From: Eledone cirrhosa
Taxonomy: Eukaryota
NCBI GenBank assembly: GCA_964016885.1
Contig: OZ024752.1
Coordinates: forward strand, 3,720,001 to 3,784,000
Length of the DNA: 64,000 nucleotides
Reading direction: 5' to 3'
Part shown: positions 59,519-64,000 of the stretch, piece after piece
Layout of the letters: every line of letters starts with the position of its first letter
Numbering within the stretch: the first letter of the stretch is position 1
Notes under the pieces: model-generated
What the model was told of the DNA's origin: nothing
Seen by the model: only the letters and a program-made list of their open reading frames with translations
Database searches by the model: none
Program-made: the position numbers and the translations under genes

Positions 59519-61836
59519 ATATATATATATATAATGTGAGTGTGTTTTAGGAAGTGTTTGTGTGCGTAGGTGTGTATGTATTCATATCTGATGTGAATAT
59601 CTAGGGTTAACTTAATGTCTATGCATAATGAAATAACAAAACAATAAATTCATTTCTTGTGAACCAATTACACATATCTACTGTATTACAATTCATTATA
59701 AATGTCCACAATATCTTGATAATATGTCATTGTTTAAGGTTGCTGGAAGCTGTTACCGTTCACTTTTGGTTAAATCCACATATGCTATGTGCGTTTGAGA
59801 TAACAATATACATAACGAGAGCCAAGTACAAATGTAAGACAAAAATGATAAAAAGCAGCCTTTTCTTCGATTAAATAAACCCATTTCACAATATATTATT
59901 AGTATTCTTAGTTTGCCCCAAACGGTCTAGTCAAGTCCATGCTACCTTTACAGACAATTTATCTCTTCTTTTTTCTTAAGATAGCGCAGTGAAATATTAT
60001 AGCTGCTAGTTCTTTTAAACCAAGTGACTACGTAGAATCTCATGCATTATGTCGTAGTGTGCGAGGATCTGTCGTTATATGTTGATTTTTGTTGGACATC
60101 CGTAGATTTCTACGAAGAGTGTTCCGGTTGATAGATCAACGGAATAGCCTCCGCATGAAATAAACGTACAAATCCCTGAAAATCCCATACATCTGTGCCA
60201 TTAATTCATTTATTAAGGCTATTCAACATAATGTAATACTTTGAATTACATTTAAATTTTATTTTACTAGTTTAGTGGACTGGGACAAGGTAATATAAAT
60301 TATCCAGACTATAACACACTGTCTAGAATCAAACTCACAGCCATACAATCGCGAGAGGAACACTAAGCCACCCACTTTCCAGTTATTACTTGTGTAATTT
60401 TGGTGATCAAACGAATACAGTCTCTCGGTGAGTAATTAAACTAGACTTTGATACAGTGTTTAAGATGATACGGAGATGCAATTATAGGGAGGATAGTGTA
60501 GACAGAGTTATCCACAGAATTATTTATAAGTCAGTGTATTTTGGACCGTGACAAGTCAAAATAGAAGAATGCCGTCAATAAGGTTCCTCAATAGAAGAAA
60601 TATTGGTTTTGTAGTGATGCATACATATAATAAGCAAGGAAATAACACAATTTTACTATGTCTAGCTATAGAAACTATTAATATAATATTCCTTGATAGA
60701 CATGAATCTGACTGAAAGTTAATTTTTACACGCAAATCTTGATGGTCTCCTTGCTGCTGTTCTGGTTCAAATGACTATTACATGTGTTCTGTGATTCATA
60801 TGACAATTGTTTTTGACCTATTAGTTTATAAATCCACACGGTAAATAATGCCTTTTTCTCTGCAGTTGAATGTTGAAGGAGCAAGACCTGTATTTCTGCA
60901 ATTACATATCGTACTTCTTTTTAACCCTGAGTTATTTGAAATATAATTGCATATCTCTCTCATATTCGTTTTTGACATATTCATCCGACAGCTGTAGCTC
61001 ATCTTAATGTTGATATTCTTCTTTTTCTATTATAATTCCATCTATATTTTGGATGCCTTATAGACATATGATTAAATCGACACCGGTACTAGACTGTTAG
61101 TACAGTTTCTCCATTCTGACCGCTGGAAAAGCAAAGAACGTAAAAAGGCTGTAATTAAATTCTACAGGCATTCTATCCGACGATCTCAGTTTTGCAAATA
61201 CATCGTGTATACACAGAGAGGAATTCGGGACCATTTGCAATATTTTCTGTTGAGTGTGAGAAAATATTTTGCAGCAATTTACATCAATATAACTTTGATG
61301 TAAAACCACTGTTGCAAAACATTTGTATTTCGACACTTTGTATTTCATAACTATATTCTCTTTGAGCATGATTTTAAATGTTTGCAGTACCTGTGAATGT
61401 AAATATGCGTATGGTTACGTGTATATGTATATGCGTTTGGATTTATGCGTTTTACTAAATTTATTCATGCGATCATCTGCAATAAGCTGGGAATATCTTG
61501 AACACTCTTAAAATGTGTTCAATACATACCGTTTGTATGTAAATAAATTTATTCCCTTAAGGTAAAGAAATTTATTGATGTAAGAAAAGATATTGAGCCA
61601 TAAAATTCGCGTTGTAAATAAATGTAACATATCTAAGTAACTATATACATATATATTCTATCTCTCTACACACAACTGTTGCAGATATACATACACACAC
61701 CACTCACATACATATATACATAAATACATACAAGCGTACATACTTGCATTAATACATAAATTAATATATACTTACATGTGCATACATAGATACATATATA
61801 AATGCATACACACATAAATACATACTAACATTATAA

Positions 61837-61952
<116 letters not shown>

Positions 61953-64000
61953 AAGAAGACAGAGAAAGGGTCTGAAATGCAGATAGTTGAAACCTCTCTA
62001 ATTCTAACTCAGAGTTTCTAGTTGCCGATCTACAGGAGATAATCGTTCGGAATATTCAGCTGCCAATCAATATTTAGATTCTGAAGAAAAGATAATAAAT
62101 CATTTTATTTCACCGATTCTGCCACAAATATCTTGTATTTTTATTTCCATAAAGGTTTTTTTTTTTTTTTTGTATTATTATCATACTTTTATCAAGCCCT
62201 TTTTTAAATAATACAAGCTCTAATTTATACTATTATTCATAAAATACTGCAAAAGACCATCTTTGCTTTGAAGATATGTTAAATTCATCTTTCACTCAGT
62301 AATCTGTTGTACATTTTCTATAGGGTTTGGGACTGGAAAATGTCCAGGACGAAACAATATGTTAATTTAATGATGCTGGAGTATATTTTGGACTAATTTG
62401 GCAGAATCTTCATAGGCATCATCATGCTGGACTATCGCCAACTTTGGTTTGGTAAGCCGTTGTATAAAGTAAAATGTTTCTCGAAAATTTATTCCGAGTA
62501 ATATCGTAATTCATTGTAGAGAACACATAACCCAATAATGCCACTGGTACAAGACTCCAGTAGCATTATATTACCGGCTTAAAATAACCATCTTACTAAT
62601 TATAGGTGATTTTCAGGGATATTCACGGCTACTTATGATGACTGGGTGGGAAGATGTAACATTTAATTCATCAAATTAACCATCCTGCTATACTACCGAC
62701 TCTAAATAACCATCTTAATAATTATAAGGAATAGTTTCTAATATCTTCATGCGATATTCTCAGATATTTATGATGTCCGCCTTAATTCATTCAAGAAAAT
62801 GTTTGATTCCTTTTTTTCTATGTAGTTCTAGAAAGTGATTATTGTCAGCATTACATTCCTTGCTTAATTAAAAGAAAAACGTAGTTTGATATCAGTGGAT
62901 TGTGTCATAGGCCCTTCATACTATACTGCATTTTTTATGGCACCTTTCATTCGTTGTAGTTTCATTCTTCGTAATCAAAATAGGAGCGTTTACCATCGTT
63001 AAAGCTAGATTTATGAACCTGCTCATACAGCTTCATTTCAACTGGGAGTCTTTTTCGTATCGGGAATGTTGTTTTTTTTTACTTATATTTTGCTTAGCCA
63101 GGTTTTTCTTTATTTTTATTGACAATTACGTAATCAATAAAAAGTAGATAAGGTTTTAGGTTATCTTTCTTGGTGGTCTTTCAACTGTGGTCCTCATCAT
63201 CAATAGAAGGAGCTCTATTAGCTGTTGTGGGAGTCATAAAGCCTAAACATATACAGACCACGTACAATTTAATTCCATAAAAAGACATTAAAATTAGCAG
63301 GGACACAATTGAAAAAGCGTTTTAAGAAAATACTTGTCCTCATCAATTATTTTCATATTCACACACAACCTACTTACTGTTACGTCCCAACCTATGCAGA
63401 CGATACTACTGTTCATTAGACTAACTTGTTGCATCAGAGTGTTATCTACATGCAATCTACACATCATAGATTAGGTTAAAATTCCTTATATGCCCGTATG
63501 AGTATTCCCATGCTCAGACGTGCATACAAATACATACCGCAAAGAGCTGTGTACGTGTGTACTGGTCCCTCTCGATATAGCACAGGATTCTCTTTCAATT
63601 CTGCCCCTGCCTCCCGCTTAAAAGACGAATGACATATTGTTTAATGTGTTTGACTGTTTCATATTTTCATTATATTCTCTTAATTTCGGGGATGTTAGAC
63701 GCACGGTAATTCCGGTGTGGTTCATGAAGTTGTTCATGAGAGGGTTATATTCATGTTATTTCCGCTCTTATTTCACCAACAACTGAGGGCTTGGTAACAC
63801 TGATGCTATATATTACTATCAATAGCTTACATAATTCCCATTTTAGACTTGCTTTATCTGTCTCAAATCATAAAACAATCTATAATTTCGTATTATGAAG
63901 TCAATATCGGAAGCGAAGATGTCAGCCTTATTAAGAAATCCATAGTTGCATGTTATGTTAAGTGACTTATATAACCTCCACATCTTGCTAACTTCTGTAT

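Noticed and set aside
62324-62451. Exon-like segment (TTTTCTATAG|...TTG|GTAAGC)
   Set aside because: Stop codons in all three frames and no partner exons found; it could only be non-coding.
62565-62780. Diverged ~122-bp direct duplication (AAATAACCATCTTA.TAATTATA)
   Set aside because: Looks like an ordinary old local duplication with no further structure.

Overview
AT-rich, microsatellite-dense animal DNA with no recognisable host protein-coding exon. The SINE families point to a coleoid cephalopod (octopus-like), which is an inference. Almost all long ORFs in the track are (TA)n/(CA)n artefacts. The real content is a set of retroelements nested in (TA)n tracts. Three Penelope-like elements (PLEs; RT thumb and/or GIY-YIG) each have two copies of their 3' end facing outward. 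About 13 hammerhead-ribozyme (HHR) motifs of several families sit in PLE-type terminal repeats. A ~335-nt HHR-bearing unit with direct terminal repeats looks like a retrozyme. A full-length 7SL (SRP) RNA copy lies inside (TA)n with no unique upstream flank and no T4 terminator. Four young copies of a non-coding RTE-related element carry a structured, possibly ribozyme-like 5' end. Also present: fold-back palindromes, tRNA-derived SINEs, relics of RTE, CRE, Tx1/L1 and hAT elements, mariner-type MITEs and a 200-N gap. All calls come from reading the sequence by eye; no searches or folding programs were run.
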